Positions 1 through 9,806 of a DNA stretch of 59,778 nt are shown piece by piece. Location: the NCBI GenBank assembly GCA_030589165.1, contig JAUUWG010000001.1, positions 1 to 59,778 on the forward strand. Reading direction: 5' to 3'. The position numbers were made by a program, and so were the translations under genes. Source of the stretch: Desulfobacterales bacterium (lineage in GTDB: Bacteria; Desulfobacterota; Desulfobacteria; Desulfobacterales; JAFDHS01). The number at the start of each line of letters is the position of its first letter. Positions within the stretch are counted from its first letter, which is position 1. The notes beneath the pieces are model-generated. The model was not told the DNA's origin. It saw only the letters and a program-made list of their open reading frames with translations, and did not search any database.

Positions 1-1
1 G

Positions 2-304
2 TATACCATAATGGGCAGTCGTTCTCATCCAGGTCCCAAGCTTGAGGCTTTTATTGAAAAAAAACGTTGTGAATTCGGTGCAGTTGAATTCATTTCCGCA
101 GGGAGTTCTTTAAAATTCTGTCTTGTTGCCGAAGGCAAAGCCGATATATATCCGCGATTCGGGCCGACAATGGAATGGGATACGGCAGCGGGCCAGGCAA
201 TCGCAGAGAATTCCGGTGCCAGGGTATTTTGTGTCGACACAAATGAACCGCTTGTCTATAATAAGGAAAACTTGCTGAACCCTTGGTTTGTCGTCAGTTT
301 TTAA
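2..304 (+). CDS. cysQ: 3'(2'),5'-bisphosphate nucleotidase CysQ, 5'-truncated by the window edge
   Basis: GSRSH, GSSLKFCLVAEGKADIYPRFGPTMEWDTAAG and YNKENLLNPWF motifs; frame open to the window start. Confidence 0.93.
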   Translation, partial: YTIMGSRSHPGPKLEAFIEKKRCEFGAVEFISAGSSLKFCLVAEGKADIYPRFGPTMEWDTAAGQAIAENSGARVFCVDTNEPLVYNKENLLNPWFVVSF

Positions 305-328
305 GTTGCTTATTCGGAGATTCGTTAT

Positions 329-2044
329 ATGAAAACTGCTTTACTTGTTGAACCTCACGGCGGTAATCCGGTAAATCTTCTTGTTGATGAAGATCGCTCT
401 GCGCTGCTTAAAGAGATCTCTCTCAGCCTGCCGGATATCAGTTTAAACGATCGCCAGCTTTGTGACCTTGAACTTCTTGCAACAGGTGCTTTTTCACCCC
501 TTGACGGTTTTATGGTTCGGTCTGACTATGAATCCGTTCTCGACCGAATGCGGTTGCAAAGTGATATTCTATGGCCCCTGCCGATTTGTCTTGATATATC
601 CGATACACAGGCCCGCAATATTGAGGGGGGGCAGTCCGTGGCGATAAGAGACCCGGAAGGTTTTCTTCTTGCCGTTATGCATGTGGAAGATATATGGCCT
701 GTTGATCGTGAAAAAGAGGCCTTAAGGGTTTATAATACCCTTGATCGTTCCCATCCGGGCGTAGATTATCTTTTCAGGAAATCAGGTGATTTCTATATGG
801 GAGGGAGGCTAGAAGTTTTGAGCCTGCCGCTTCATTTTGACTTTAAGCAGCTTCGCATGTCTCCTGAAGAGATCAAAAATATATACGGTAAACTCGGCTG
901 GCAAAGGGTGGTCGGGTTTCAGACCCGAAACCCCATTCATCGGCCCCAGTTTGAAATGACGATCAGGGCCATGCGCCAGGCAAAGGCGAATCTGCTTTTG
1001 CTTCCGGTTGTGGGCATGACAAAACCGGGGGATTTTGACCACTATACCCGACTAAGATGTTATCGCGAAGTGATAAAAGACTACCCGCCGGATTCTTTTA
1101 TTTTGAATCTGCTCTCCCTTGCTATGCGTATGGCCGGCCCCAGAGATGCCGTTTTACATGCAATAATATCCAAAAATTACGGATGTACTCATTTTATTAT
1201 CGGGCATGACCATGCAAGCCCGGGCATGGACGGCAACGGAAAGCCGTTTTATGCAAGCGATGAAGCTTGCCTGCTGACAAAAGATCTAAGCAGTGAAATC
1301 GGTATCAGGATTCTCCCCTTTGAAGAGATGGTCTATCTCCCTTTTGAGGATGAGTACCGATCTTTCGATGAGATACCGGCGGAAACCCAGACGGTTTCCT
1401 TGTCGGCTTCCGATATCCGGGAGCGTATCCGTACAGGGCGCCGCATACCTGAATGGGCCACCTCCCCTGATGTTGTAAGGGAGCTCCAAAGAGCTTATCC
1501 TCCACCGAAAAAACAGGGATTTACGGTTTTTCTAACCGGGCTTTCAGGTGCGGGTAAATCCACCATAGCCAAGGTCCTCTATTCTCGTTTCCTGGAAATC
1601 GGCAACCGTCCGGTTACCCTTCTTGACGGCGATATTGTCCGCCGGAATCTCTCCAGTGAGTTGAGTTTTTCCAAAGAGCACAGGGACATTAACGTAAGAC
1701 GTATCGGATTTGTCGCAAGTGAAATTACCAAGAACCGTGGAATAGCGATCTGTGCACCCATCGCTCCGTATGAATCCACTAGAGCGGAGATAAGAAAAAT
1801 CATAGAAGAGTGCGGAGGATTTATAGAGGCACATGTGGCCACTCCGATCGAGGAATGTGAAAAAAGGGACAGAAAAGGGATGTATGCAAAGGCCAGAGCA
1901 GGGCTTATCAAGGGCTTTACCGGAGTGAACGATCCGTACGAAATTCCTGAATCACCGGAAGTTCGTATCGACACTACGGATCTTACACCTGATGAAGCAG
2001 CCCAGGAGATCCTTTTGTTTCTGGGCCAAAAGGGGTTTATATAG
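329..2044 (+). CDS. sat: Bifunctional sulfate adenylyltransferase / adenylylsulfate kinase (Sat-CysC fusion)
   Basis: ATP sulfurylase motifs FQTRNPIHR and MRMAGPRDA; C-terminal APS kinase with P-loop TGLSGAGKST, LLDGD and FTGVNDPYE. Confidence 0.95.
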   Translation: MKTALLVEPHGGNPVNLLVDEDRSALLKEISLSLPDISLNDRQLCDLELLATGAFSPLDGFMVRSDYESVLDRMRLQSDILWPLPICLDISDTQARNIEGGQSVAIRDPEGFLLAVMHVEDIWPVDREKEALRVYNTLDRSHPGVDYLFRKSGDFYMGGRLEVLSLPLHFDFKQLRMSPEEIKNIYGKLGWQRVVGFQTRNPIHRPQFEMTIRAMRQAKANLLLLPVVGMTKPGDFDHYTRLRCYREVIKDYPPDSFILNLLSLAMRMAGPRDAVLHAIISKNYGCTHFIIGHDHASPGMDGNGKPFYASDEACLLTKDLSSEIGIRILPFEEMVYLPFEDEYRSFDEIPAETQTVSLSASDIRERIRTGRRIPEWATSPDVVRELQRAYPPPKKQGFTVFLTGLSGAGKSTIAKVLYSRFLEIGNRPVTLLDGDIVRRNLSSELSFSKEHRDINVRRIGFVASEITKNRGIAICAPIAPYESTRAEIRKIIEECGGFIEAHVATPIEECEKRDRKGMYAKARAGLIKGFTGVNDPYEIPESPEVRIDTTDLTPDEAAQEILLFLGQKGFI

Positions 2045-2052
2045 TATTTTTT

Positions 2053-2167
2053 AAAAAGTGTGAAGTGCCTAAAGTTTGAAGTGAGCTAAAGTTAATGAAT
2101 CGCTTCGCTCCGTCTTTTTTATATAAAATTGATAGAATACCTTAACTTTAGCTCACTTTAGGCACTT
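2053..2167. repeat. Palindromic interspersed element, family A, copy 1
   Basis: AAAGTG(A/C)(G)CT tandem units, core TCGCTTCGCTCCGTCTTTTT...AATTGATAGAAT, then inverted AGCTCACTTT units. Confidence 0.9.
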
Positions 2168-2202
2168 GAAACCTAATATAACAACTAAAGGGAAGATAAG
2201 CG

Positions 2203-3498
2203 ATGGGAAATATTTTTAACGCAACTGTTGCTGTTATCGGCCTCGGCTATGTGGGCCTGCCGCTTGCCGTAAATTTCGGCAAAAGATATCCTACTGTAGG
2301 TTATGACTTGAATGAAAAAATTATTTCTAACTACAAGCGAAACACAGACCCTACCGGTGAGGTCTCTCAGACGGATTTTGAAGCCGCGGTCCATTTGACT
2401 TTTACTGCCGATCCAGCCGAGATTTCCAAGGCCGACTTTATCGTTGTTGCCGTGCCTACGCCTATAGATACCGCTCACCGGCCGGACTTAAGTGCGGTAA
2501 CAGGAGCGGTAAGGACTGCGGGAAAGCATATGAAAAAAGGGGCTGTTGTCATTCTTGAATCCACGGTCTATCCCGGTGTTACCGAGGAGGTCTGTGTGCC
2601 TGTTTTAGAGGAAGAATCCGGATTGGTATGGAAGCGTGACTTCCATGTCGGCTATTCTCCCGAGCGGATAAACCCCGGGGATAAGGAACACACCTTGCCT
2701 AAAATTATCAAAGTGGTTTCAGGTGATGACGAAAAAACCTTGAACCGTGTGGCTGATCTTTATGAATCAATTATTGACGCCGGCGTTTACCGTACCACAA
2801 GTATCAAGGAAGCAGAAGCCGCAAAAGTTATTGAAAACACACAAAGAGATTTGAACATTGCTCTGATGAATGAGCTGGCCATAATTTTCGACAAACTGGG
2901 GATTGATACACTCAGTGTGCTTGAGGCCGCCGGTACCAAATGGAATTTTCTTCCTTTTCGGCCGGGGCTGGTAGGCGGCCACTGTATCGGTGTCGACCCC
3001 TATTACTTGACTCATAGAGCCGAGGCTGAAGGTTATCACCCCGAGGTTATCCTGGCGGGCCGCAGGATTAATGACGGAATGGGCAAGTTCATTGCCGAAA
3101 AAACGGTGAAAAATATGATCCGGTCCAATCAGAACATAAAAGGATCAAGGGTGGGTGTTTTAGGGATCACCTTCAAGGAAAATTGTCCTGATCTGAGAAA
3201 CTCAAAGGTCGTGGACATCGTCAGAGAGCTGGAATCTTACGGCATCGATGTTCTGGTCCATGATCCTCAAGCGGATCCTGATGAGGCAAAACGTTTTTTT
3301 GGGGTTTCTTTGTATCCATGGGATGAATTGACCGGGTTGGGGGCCATTATCATAGCCGTTGGACATAAGGAATACAGGAAAAAGGAATTTCGTGAATTTG
3401 CCGACAGGCTGTCTCCAAAAGGATGCCTTGTTGATGTCAAGTCCATTCTTGACCCGTATGAAGCCTCAAAAAGCGGTATTTTGTTCTGGCGGTTGTAG
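2203..3498 (+). CDS. UDP-N-acetylhexosamine 6-dehydrogenase (TviB/WbpO-like nucleotide sugar dehydrogenase)
   Basis: GLGYVGLP, ESTVYPG, SPERINPGDKEH, KVIENTQRDLNIA, PGLVGGHCIGVDPYYL, FKENCPDLRNS. Confidence 0.92.
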   Translation: MGNIFNATVAVIGLGYVGLPLAVNFGKRYPTVGYDLNEKIISNYKRNTDPTGEVSQTDFEAAVHLTFTADPAEISKADFIVVAVPTPIDTAHRPDLSAVTGAVRTAGKHMKKGAVVILESTVYPGVTEEVCVPVLEEESGLVWKRDFHVGYSPERINPGDKEHTLPKIIKVVSGDDEKTLNRVADLYESIIDAGVYRTTSIKEAEAAKVIENTQRDLNIALMNELAIIFDKLGIDTLSVLEAAGTKWNFLPFRPGLVGGHCIGVDPYYLTHRAEAEGYHPEVILAGRRINDGMGKFIAEKTVKNMIRSNQNIKGSRVGVLGITFKENCPDLRNSKVVDIVRELESYGIDVLVHDPQADPDEAKRFFGVSLYPWDELTGLGAIIIAVGHKEYRKKEFREFADRLSPKGCLVDVKSILDPYEASKSGILFWRL

Positions 3499-3505
3499 AA
3501 TTAAA

Positions 3506-3623
3506 AAAAAGTGTGAAGTGCCTAAAGTGATCTAAAGTGCCTAAAGTTGAGGAATTCTATCAATTTTATATATAAAAAAAGACGGAGCGAAGCGACTCCT
3601 TAACTTTAGCTCACTTTAGATCA
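3506..3623. repeat. Family A element, copy 2 (core inverted relative to copy 1)
   Basis: AAAGTGTGAAGTGCCTAAAGTGATCTAAAGTGCCTAAAGTTGAGGAATTCTATC...GACGGAGCGAAGCGAC...ACTTTAGCTCACTTTAG. Confidence 0.9.
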
Positions 3624-3658
3624 ATTTTTTATCTTATCCGGGTTAGAAAGGAAAAATA

Positions 3659-4666
3659 ATGAAAGCTTTAGTAACCGGGGCAGCCGGTTTTATCGGCTTC
3701 CATCTAAGCAGACGTCTGCTGCAAAAGGGATATGATGTCGTTGGCGTAGATAATTTAAATGACTATTATGATGTTCAATTAAAAAAAGACCGGCTGGAGC
3801 AATTAAAGCCTTTTAAAAATTTTATCTTCATCCGTTTGGAAATCGCTGATCGTAAAGGCATGGAAAAACTTTTTACCGAACATCGTTTTGACATTGTCGT
3901 CAATTTGGCTGCCCAGGCCGGTGTTCGCTACAGCCTCGAAAATCCGTATGCCTACGTGGACAGCAATGTTTCGGGATTTGTGAATATCCTGGAGGGTTGC
4001 AGGCACAGTAAAGTCTCCCATCTGGTTTATGCTTCCAGCAGCTCCGTCTACGGTTTGAATACGCGGATGCCGTTTTCCGTGCATGACAATGTCGATCATC
4101 CCGTCAGCCTCTATGCCGCAACAAAAAAGAGTAATGAACTCATGGCTCACACATACAGTTACCTCTACGGCCTGCCGACTACCGGTCTCCGTTTTTTTAC
4201 TGTTTATGGGCCCTGGGGAAGACCGGACATGGCCCTGTTTCTTTTTACAAAGGCCATCATAGAGGGTAAACCGATCAAGGTCTTTAACAACGGCCTGATG
4301 AAGCGTGATTTTACTTATATCGACGATATCGTAGAAGGGGTCGTTCGGGTCATGGAGCTGATGCCGGAGCCTGATTCTTCCTGGGACGGCTCTGATCCTG
4401 ATCCGGGGACAAGTCCGGTGCCCTATCGCCTTTATAACATCGGAAATAACAACTGCGTCCAACTGATGGATTTCATCAAGGCGATCGAAACCGCTCTGGG
4501 CAGGAAAGCAATAAAAGAATTTATGCCGCTGCAACCCGGTGATGTGCCTGAAACCTATGCGGATGTGGAAGATTTAAGCAGGGCCGTGGGTTTTCGGCCG
4601 GATACGGATATAACTGATGGAATCAATAACTTCATCTCATGGTATCGTGAATATTATAAAAAATAA
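3659..4666 (+). CDS. NAD-dependent epimerase, UDP-glucuronate 4-epimerase-like (CapI/LpsL type)
   Basis: [45 protein letters not shown]. Confidence 0.92.
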   Translation: MKALVTGAAGFIGFHLSRRLLQKGYDVVGVDNLNDYYDVQLKKDRLEQLKPFKNFIFIRLEIADRKGMEKLFTEHRFDIVVNLAAQAGVRYSLENPYAYVDSNVSGFVNILEGCRHSKVSHLVYASSSSVYGLNTRMPFSVHDNVDHPVSLYAATKKSNELMAHTYSYLYGLPTTGLRFFTVYGPWGRPDMALFLFTKAIIEGKPIKVFNNGLMKRDFTYIDDIVEGVVRVMELMPEPDSSWDGSDPDPGTSPVPYRLYNIGNNNCVQLMDFIKAIETALGRKAIKEFMPLQPGDVPETYADVEDLSRAVGFRPDTDITDGINNFISWYREYYKK

Positions 4667-4670
4667 GTGC

Positions 4671-4823
4671 AAAAAGTGTGAAGTGCCTAAAGTGAGCTAA
4701 AGTGCCTAATGCCTAAAGTGCCTAAAGTTGAGGAATTTTGTCAATTTTATTATAAAAAGACGGAGCGAAGCGATTCATTAACTTTAGCTCACTTCAAACT
4801 TTAGCTCACTTTAGCTCACTTTT
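4671..4823. repeat. Family A element, copy 3
   Basis: Same core, with about 5 left and 3-4 right tandem units. Confidence 0.9.
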
Positions 4824-4879
4824 CAGGTTCACCCCTTAAGCAAAACTGGAATAAAGTTGTAGAACAAAGGAAATATAAG

Positions 4880-5755
4880 ATGAAAATTCGTAAAGCTGTT
4901 TTCCCCGTTGCCGGATTGGGTACCCGATTTTTACCGGCTACAAAGGCGATGCCAAAGGAGATGCTGCCGGTGGTGGATAAGCCTCTTATTCAATATGCGG
5001 TTGAAGAGGCCTTGGCCTCCGGTATTGAGCAAATTATATTTGTTACCGGCAGGCAGAAGGAGGCTTTGGAGGATCATTTTGACCACCGTTGTGAACTGGA
5101 GCATACCCTCATGGCACGGAGCAAGGATAACCTTTTAATGGAACTGGACGCTCTGATCCCCGAGTCCGGCACCATTATATATACCCGACAGCATGAACCG
5201 TTGGGTTTGGGCCATGCCATCTGGTGCGCCCGGCATGTGGTCGGCGATGAACCCTTTGCGGTTCTTCTTGCCGATGACTTAATAAAGGCCGACCCCCCTG
5301 TTCTTGCTCAGATGTTGAACAAGTTTGAACAGGTTCAGACGTCCATTGTTGCGGTTATCGACGTGGATAAGCGTGAAACGGATAAGTACGGGATTCTGGA
5401 TGCTCAAGATGTGGGAAACGACCTGTGCCGGGTGCGCGGCATGGTAGAAAAACCAAGGCCGGAAGATGCGCCGTCAAATATGGCGATTATAGGACGTTAT
5501 ATATTGATGCCGGAGATATTTCAAATCCTCGGCCAAAAGAAAAAAGGCGCAGGTGGTGAGATACAACTGACGGATGCCATGGCCTTGCTGCTGGAGAAGC
5601 AACCTTTTTATGGTTGTCATTTCAAGGGCATACGCTTTGATTGCGGCTCCAAGGCGGGATTCCAGATGGCAAATATTGCTTTTGCAATGGAAAGACCCGA
5701 ATTAAGATCACGATTGATGCCGTTTTTGGAAAAATTGCTTAAAGCTGAACACTGA
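4880..5755 (+). CDS. galU: UTP--glucose-1-phosphate uridylyltransferase
   Basis: KAVFPVAGLGTRFLPATKAMPKEMLP, GLGHA, VEKP, GEIQLTDA. Confidence 0.96.
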   Translation: MKIRKAVFPVAGLGTRFLPATKAMPKEMLPVVDKPLIQYAVEEALASGIEQIIFVTGRQKEALEDHFDHRCELEHTLMARSKDNLLMELDALIPESGTIIYTRQHEPLGLGHAIWCARHVVGDEPFAVLLADDLIKADPPVLAQMLNKFEQVQTSIVAVIDVDKRETDKYGILDAQDVGNDLCRVRGMVEKPRPEDAPSNMAIIGRYILMPEIFQILGQKKKGAGGEIQLTDAMALLLEKQPFYGCHFKGIRFDCGSKAGFQMANIAFAMERPELRSRLMPFLEKLLKAEH

Positions 5756-5865
5756 AATTTTTTTCGTTTTTTTAAAAAAACTTGACATGAATGTGCCGGA
5801 ATGAAAAAGAGGAGGTGAAAAAAACATAGACTGAGGAGACTCCCGATTTTAGGAGAAAGAAAACA

Positions 5866-6291
5866 ATGGACCCAAAAAATGATGAATTATGGCAAAAGCA
5901 TTCTGATAATTATCTAAAAATGGCATTTGCCTCAGATAAACGAGAGGTTATGGAGAACCCGGATGGATATGGAAAGAGGACCGGAGAATGCGGTGATACC
6001 ATAGAGATATTTATAACCGTCCATAATAATAGTATTCAACATGTTTCATTTGATACAAATGGATGTTTAAACACGACTGCCTGTGCCAATACGGTGGCTT
6101 ATCTGGCAGAAGGCAAAAAATTGAATGAGGCATGGGAACTCACGCCGGACGAAGTTGTCGATTACCTGGAAACGTTACCCGCGGATCATAACCATTGTGC
6201 TGAACTGGCGGTGGGGGCTTTTTATCTTGCCTTGTCCAATTTTGAAGAGGTTAAACGAAACCCCTGGAAGAAGGCATATTTAAAAAAATAA
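5866..6291 (+). CDS. NifU/IscU N-terminal-domain Fe-S scaffold-like protein
   Basis: CGD...GC...HC cysteine pattern (ECGDT, NGCLNT, HNHCAELA). Confidence 0.85.
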   Translation: MDPKNDELWQKHSDNYLKMAFASDKREVMENPDGYGKRTGECGDTIEIFITVHNNSIQHVSFDTNGCLNTTACANTVAYLAEGKKLNEAWELTPDEVVDYLETLPADHNHCAELAVGAFYLALSNFEEVKRNPWKKAYLKK

Positions 6292-6335
6292 CTTCATCAT
6301 AATCTTTAGTTCATTTCAAATTTGAGCTCACTTTT
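6290..6335. repeat. Degenerate right arm of a family A element
   Basis: CTTTAGTTCATTTCAAATTTGAGCTCACTTTT resembles the right arm of copy 3. Confidence 0.55.
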
Positions 6336-6548
6336 AATTTTTCCGGTTTATCCGGGTTGGGCCTGCAACCCGAAACCCGCGACCATCTCTCCGCCATGAC
6401 CTGCTGATGGTCGCAAAAACCGAATCATACCTTCCTGTTATACTTTTCCTTGAACTTGAACAAAATCCAAGCTCCAATAAATCCTCCTTCAAAAAACGCT
6501 CATTTTTGAGAGGATTGACAAGCAAGGGGTTTTTATAATTTTCGCCTT

Positions 6549-6590
6549 TAGGCCGTAAAACCCAATCCTTTAGGTTTGGGATATAAGCCT
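6549..6590. mobile_element. Probable IS200/IS605-family end hairpin, orphan
   Basis: GCCGTAAAACCCAATCC-TTTA-GGTTTGGGATATAAGC imperfect hairpin, similar to the reverse complement of the hairpin at 59649-59669. Confidence 0.5.
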
Positions 6591-6897
6591 TACTTTAGCA
6601 TTTTTGTTGACAAACACTGTCGGCTGCTATTATACTTGCTATTTACTGTAGACGTCTCGCTACGTCTCTGTTCGGGAGAAAAGAACAAATAGAGAGTTAA
6701 GATTTCATGATAAAAAAGTATCTTAACATGTGCTATTTCATCACTCTGCTTTAAATCCTTAAACGAATGATTCGCCTCACCGGATTTGTCAGCCCTGTCT
6801 TCATCTTCCTGCCAACTCTTTTTTTCTACACTTTCAAACTATAAAAGTATTTCTTTGTAACCTGTATCATTTGAAACCGCCATTAAAGGAGGTAACT

Positions 6898-8259
6898 ATG
6901 AAAGGGATCGATAAAATCATGCCAAAAAAGTATAAACCCTATTCTCGAAAGGATATTCTTAAAATTCAAGATGTTGCTGGTTTGTCCCATGAACTTTCCG
7001 ACGCAATCAAGATCGTTTCGGCTGTTTTCCCCTTCAGGGTAAACAACTATCTTATCGATGAGTTGATTGATTGGGATAATATTCCTTCTGATCCGATATT
7101 TCAGCTTACGGTTCCACAGCCCGGTATGCTTGAATGGCATGATTTTGAAAAACTAAAAAGCCTTTATCAGAAAGAAGTCCCCGAAAAAGAGATACTGAAA
7201 ACCGCACGAAAAATTCAGATGAAGATGAATCCTCACCCTGCAGACCAGATGGAACTTAATGTCCCTGTAGAAAATGGAACCGTCTATAGAGGGATGCAGC
7301 ACAAGTACAATGAAACCGTTCTTCTTTTTCCCCATCAGGGGCAGACGTGTCATGCTTTTTGTACCTACTGTTTTCGATGGGCTCAATTTGTGGGCCTTGA
7401 TGATCTCAAGTTCGCTACTGATAGAGCGGATAAAGTTATAGAATACCTGCGCAACCATCCTGAGGTGACTGATCTTCTGATTACCGGAGGAGATCCTCTT
7501 ATTATGCGCACGAAAGTCTTGCGCCGGTATATCGAACCCATAATCAGGCAGAGGCCGGGGAATCTTTCCACCATCCGTATCGGTACCAAGGTACCCGCTT
7601 ACTGGCCCTATCGTTTTGTTACCGACAAGGATGCCGATGATCTTATTTCGCTGTTTGAGGAGGTTGTTGAGAGTGGATTCCATCTCGCGATCATGTCACA
7701 TTTCAGCCATCCGAGGGAACTTGAGACCCCAATCGCCCAAGCGGCGATAAAGCGGATTTTAAGTACGGGCGCAACAATTCGTTGCCAGGCTCCGCTTATC
7801 AAGCATGTTAATGACGATCCTGATATCTGGGCAAAAATGTGGCAAATCCAGGTCAAGCTGGGAGCGATACCCTACTACATGTTTATTGGACGGGACACCG
7901 GTCCTAAAAGTTATTTCAAGCTTCCTCTTGCCAGAGCATATGATATTTTCAGCAATGCCTACAATAAGGTATCGGGTCTTTGCCGTACGGTAAGGGGGCC
8001 TTTAATGTCTGCAACGCCTGGAAAGATAATGATTGACGGTGTTACCGAAATCGGCGGAGAAAAGGTCTTTGTTTTGAAGTTTATTCAGGGCCGGGATTCT
8101 GAATGGGTAAATCAAATTTTCTTTGCACGTTATGATGAAAAAGCCTGCTGGCTTGATGAACTTGAACCGGCCTTTGGAGAAAAGCAATTCTTTTTTGAAA
8201 ATCGGCTTGATGAAATTAAAGCTGAAAAAGATGTTTTTCACAAAGCCTCTTCGTTATGA
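6898..8259 (+). CDS. KamA-family radical SAM protein (lysine 2,3-aminomutase-like)
   Basis: HKY, CHAFCTYCFR (CxxxCxxC), TGGDPL, IRIGTK, HFSHPREL, PYYMF; AAGGAGG RBS before ATG 6898. Confidence 0.88.
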   Translation: MKGIDKIMPKKYKPYSRKDILKIQDVAGLSHELSDAIKIVSAVFPFRVNNYLIDELIDWDNIPSDPIFQLTVPQPGMLEWHDFEKLKSLYQKEVPEKEILKTARKIQMKMNPHPADQMELNVPVENGTVYRGMQHKYNETVLLFPHQGQTCHAFCTYCFRWAQFVGLDDLKFATDRADKVIEYLRNHPEVTDLLITGGDPLIMRTKVLRRYIEPIIRQRPGNLSTIRIGTKVPAYWPYRFVTDKDADDLISLFEEVVESGFHLAIMSHFSHPRELETPIAQAAIKRILSTGATIRCQAPLIKHVNDDPDIWAKMWQIQVKLGAIPYYMFIGRDTGPKSYFKLPLARAYDIFSNAYNKVSGLCRTVRGPLMSATPGKIMIDGVTEIGGEKVFVLKFIQGRDSEWVNQIFFARYDEKACWLDELEPAFGEKQFFFENRLDEIKAEKDVFHKASSL

Positions 8260-9287
8260 CGACGGCTTCCTCCCGACTCGTTATATGCCTCTATCGCCTC
8301 GTTTTGTATGAGATCTTCCTGGTTCGAGTAACGGGGTGAAAAATGAAAGGGTGTAAACCGCTTCGCATTTGCCAGGCCTGCTATCGCACCGGCCTGGCGG
8401 GCGGTGAGATGATATTTTTGTCTTGCGGTATCCCTCTCCTTTTCAAGAAAGGCGGATTCTATAAATAGATGATCCGTTTTGTTTGCAAGTTTAATGATTT
8501 TATCGGTATTGGATTTGCTGTAAACCACATCTGCAATGTAGGTAATCTTCCGGCCCGGCGTTATAAGGGCAATCCGGTTTTTAAGATCGCCCAGGGCAAA
8601 GCTTTTTCCGTTGGAATCTCCTTTGTTGAATTTAATCTCGAATCTGGAATCAAGTGGTTTGTTGTTATACAGGGCTTGTTTGAATTCTTTAAGCCACGGA
8701 CCTGTTTTTAACCCGAGGGCTGAAAGAGAATCTTTCATTATATTGACGTGAAAGCGTTCCTCCATGGTAAATCCAAGACACGGGATTCCGTGATCCAGTA
8801 TTACAGCCGAAACGGCCAGAGCCGGCTCTTTAAGCAGGGTACCGGAGAAGGGTTTTGGGCGAGTACCGGACACGGACTCATTTTTCGGGATAAACCGGTT
8901 TTCACACAGGTATTCCCGGGTAATTATATGATCCGGATGCACCTCGGTTACATGTAAACTTAATCGGCTTTCGAAATTTTTTACAAGGTTCCAGGTATAT
9001 CCGGCAAACTTTCCTTCGACATTTTTCAAAAAACCTTCCGGGCCAAACAGATAAAGGTCCTTTTCACGCCCAAGGACAAGACGCAGCAACCTGTCAAAAC
9101 CTACAAAATGATCGATATGGGTGTGGGTAATAAAAACGTGGCTTATTTTGAGGATATCTCTGGCTGAAAGTAAATGAATATCACCCAGATCAAACATAAA
9201 GGCACGTTTTTCAAAAGCAAAAGGAACGAATAGGCCCGGGTCGTCAAAAGGGCCGTTGACAAGCCTGGGATGAAAGGAAGGGGGCAT
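8238..9287 (-). CDS. Ribonuclease Z-like metallo-beta-lactamase
   Basis: THTHIDHF, LDHGIP, HLTARQAG, FHFSPRY. Confidence 0.85.
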   Translation of the reverse strand: MPPSFHPRLVNGPFDDPGLFVPFAFEKRAFMFDLGDIHLLSARDILKISHVFITHTHIDHFVGFDRLLRLVLGREKDLYLFGPEGFLKNVEGKFAGYTWNLVKNFESRLSLHVTEVHPDHIITREYLCENRFIPKNESVSGTRPKPFSGTLLKEPALAVSAVILDHGIPCLGFTMEERFHVNIMKDSLSALGLKTGPWLKEFKQALYNNKPLDSRFEIKFNKGDSNGKSFALGDLKNRIALITPGRKITYIADVVYSKSNTDKIIKLANKTDHLFIESAFLEKERDTARQKYHLTARQAGAIAGLANAKRFTPFHFSPRYSNQEDLIQNEAIEAYNESGGSRRHNEEAL

Positions 9288-9712
9288 TAACCGGGTAAAA
9301 ATTTTATAACTTGATCGTTAATACAGTTATATATCTCTTCATCAGAACCGAAAATATCAACAACATCTTTATGATTTATAACCGTCTCTATAACATAAGC
9401 GGTAACATACAGACTGACGATATGCGGCTGTGGAACGACATGCCTGAATGGAGCGGTCTTGTAATCAATATCAAAATCTTCCGCATAGCTGATTTTTTCA
9501 AGACACAGTACTATCTGTTTCTCAAGAGCGTTTTTGTCTGTCGTCTCCACAAAATTATTTTCAATAAGCTTCATGGAGATGGCATTGCTAAGGGGTTCGA
9601 TACAATCTTTTATCCCTTTGATTGCCCGTTTTCGTATACGTTCTTTGGAGCCTTCGATTTGTGAAAGGATTTTTGTTTCACTCCGGTTACTTGGCCGAAA
9701 TGTTTTTGCCAT
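9287..9712 (-). CDS. Hypothetical protein, translationally coupled to the RNase Z-like gene
   Basis: 141-aa ORF; its stop overlaps the next start by one base (TAATG); no motif recognised. Confidence 0.75.
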   Translation of the reverse strand: MAKTFRPSNRSETKILSQIEGSKERIRKRAIKGIKDCIEPLSNAISMKLIENNFVETTDKNALEKQIVLCLEKISYAEDFDIDYKTAPFRHVVPQPHIVSLYVTAYVIETVINHKDVVDIFGSDEEIYNCINDQVIKFLPG

Positions 9713-9806
9713 GAAAGATTTCCTTTTTTGATTCTGTTGATAGAGGCTAATTAAAATTTATAACAAATTATAATAACTGGAACCAGTCGGCATTGCAAGG
9801 AAAATT

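Noticed and set aside
3803..4534. 243-aa antisense ORF, and the many other shadow ORFs opposite real genes
   Set aside because: Fully overlap well-supported genes and show no recognisable motifs
4671..4823. TTAGCTCACT units as CIRCE (HrcA) operators
   Set aside because: They do not match TTAGCACTC-N9-GAGTGCTAA and are not upstream of chaperone genes
6334..6525. 63-aa minus-strand ORF in the intergenic region
   Set aside because: Runs through repeat motifs; no RBS or family signal
6515..6539. TTGACA...TATAAT sigma70 promoter
   Set aside because: Spacer is only 13 bp
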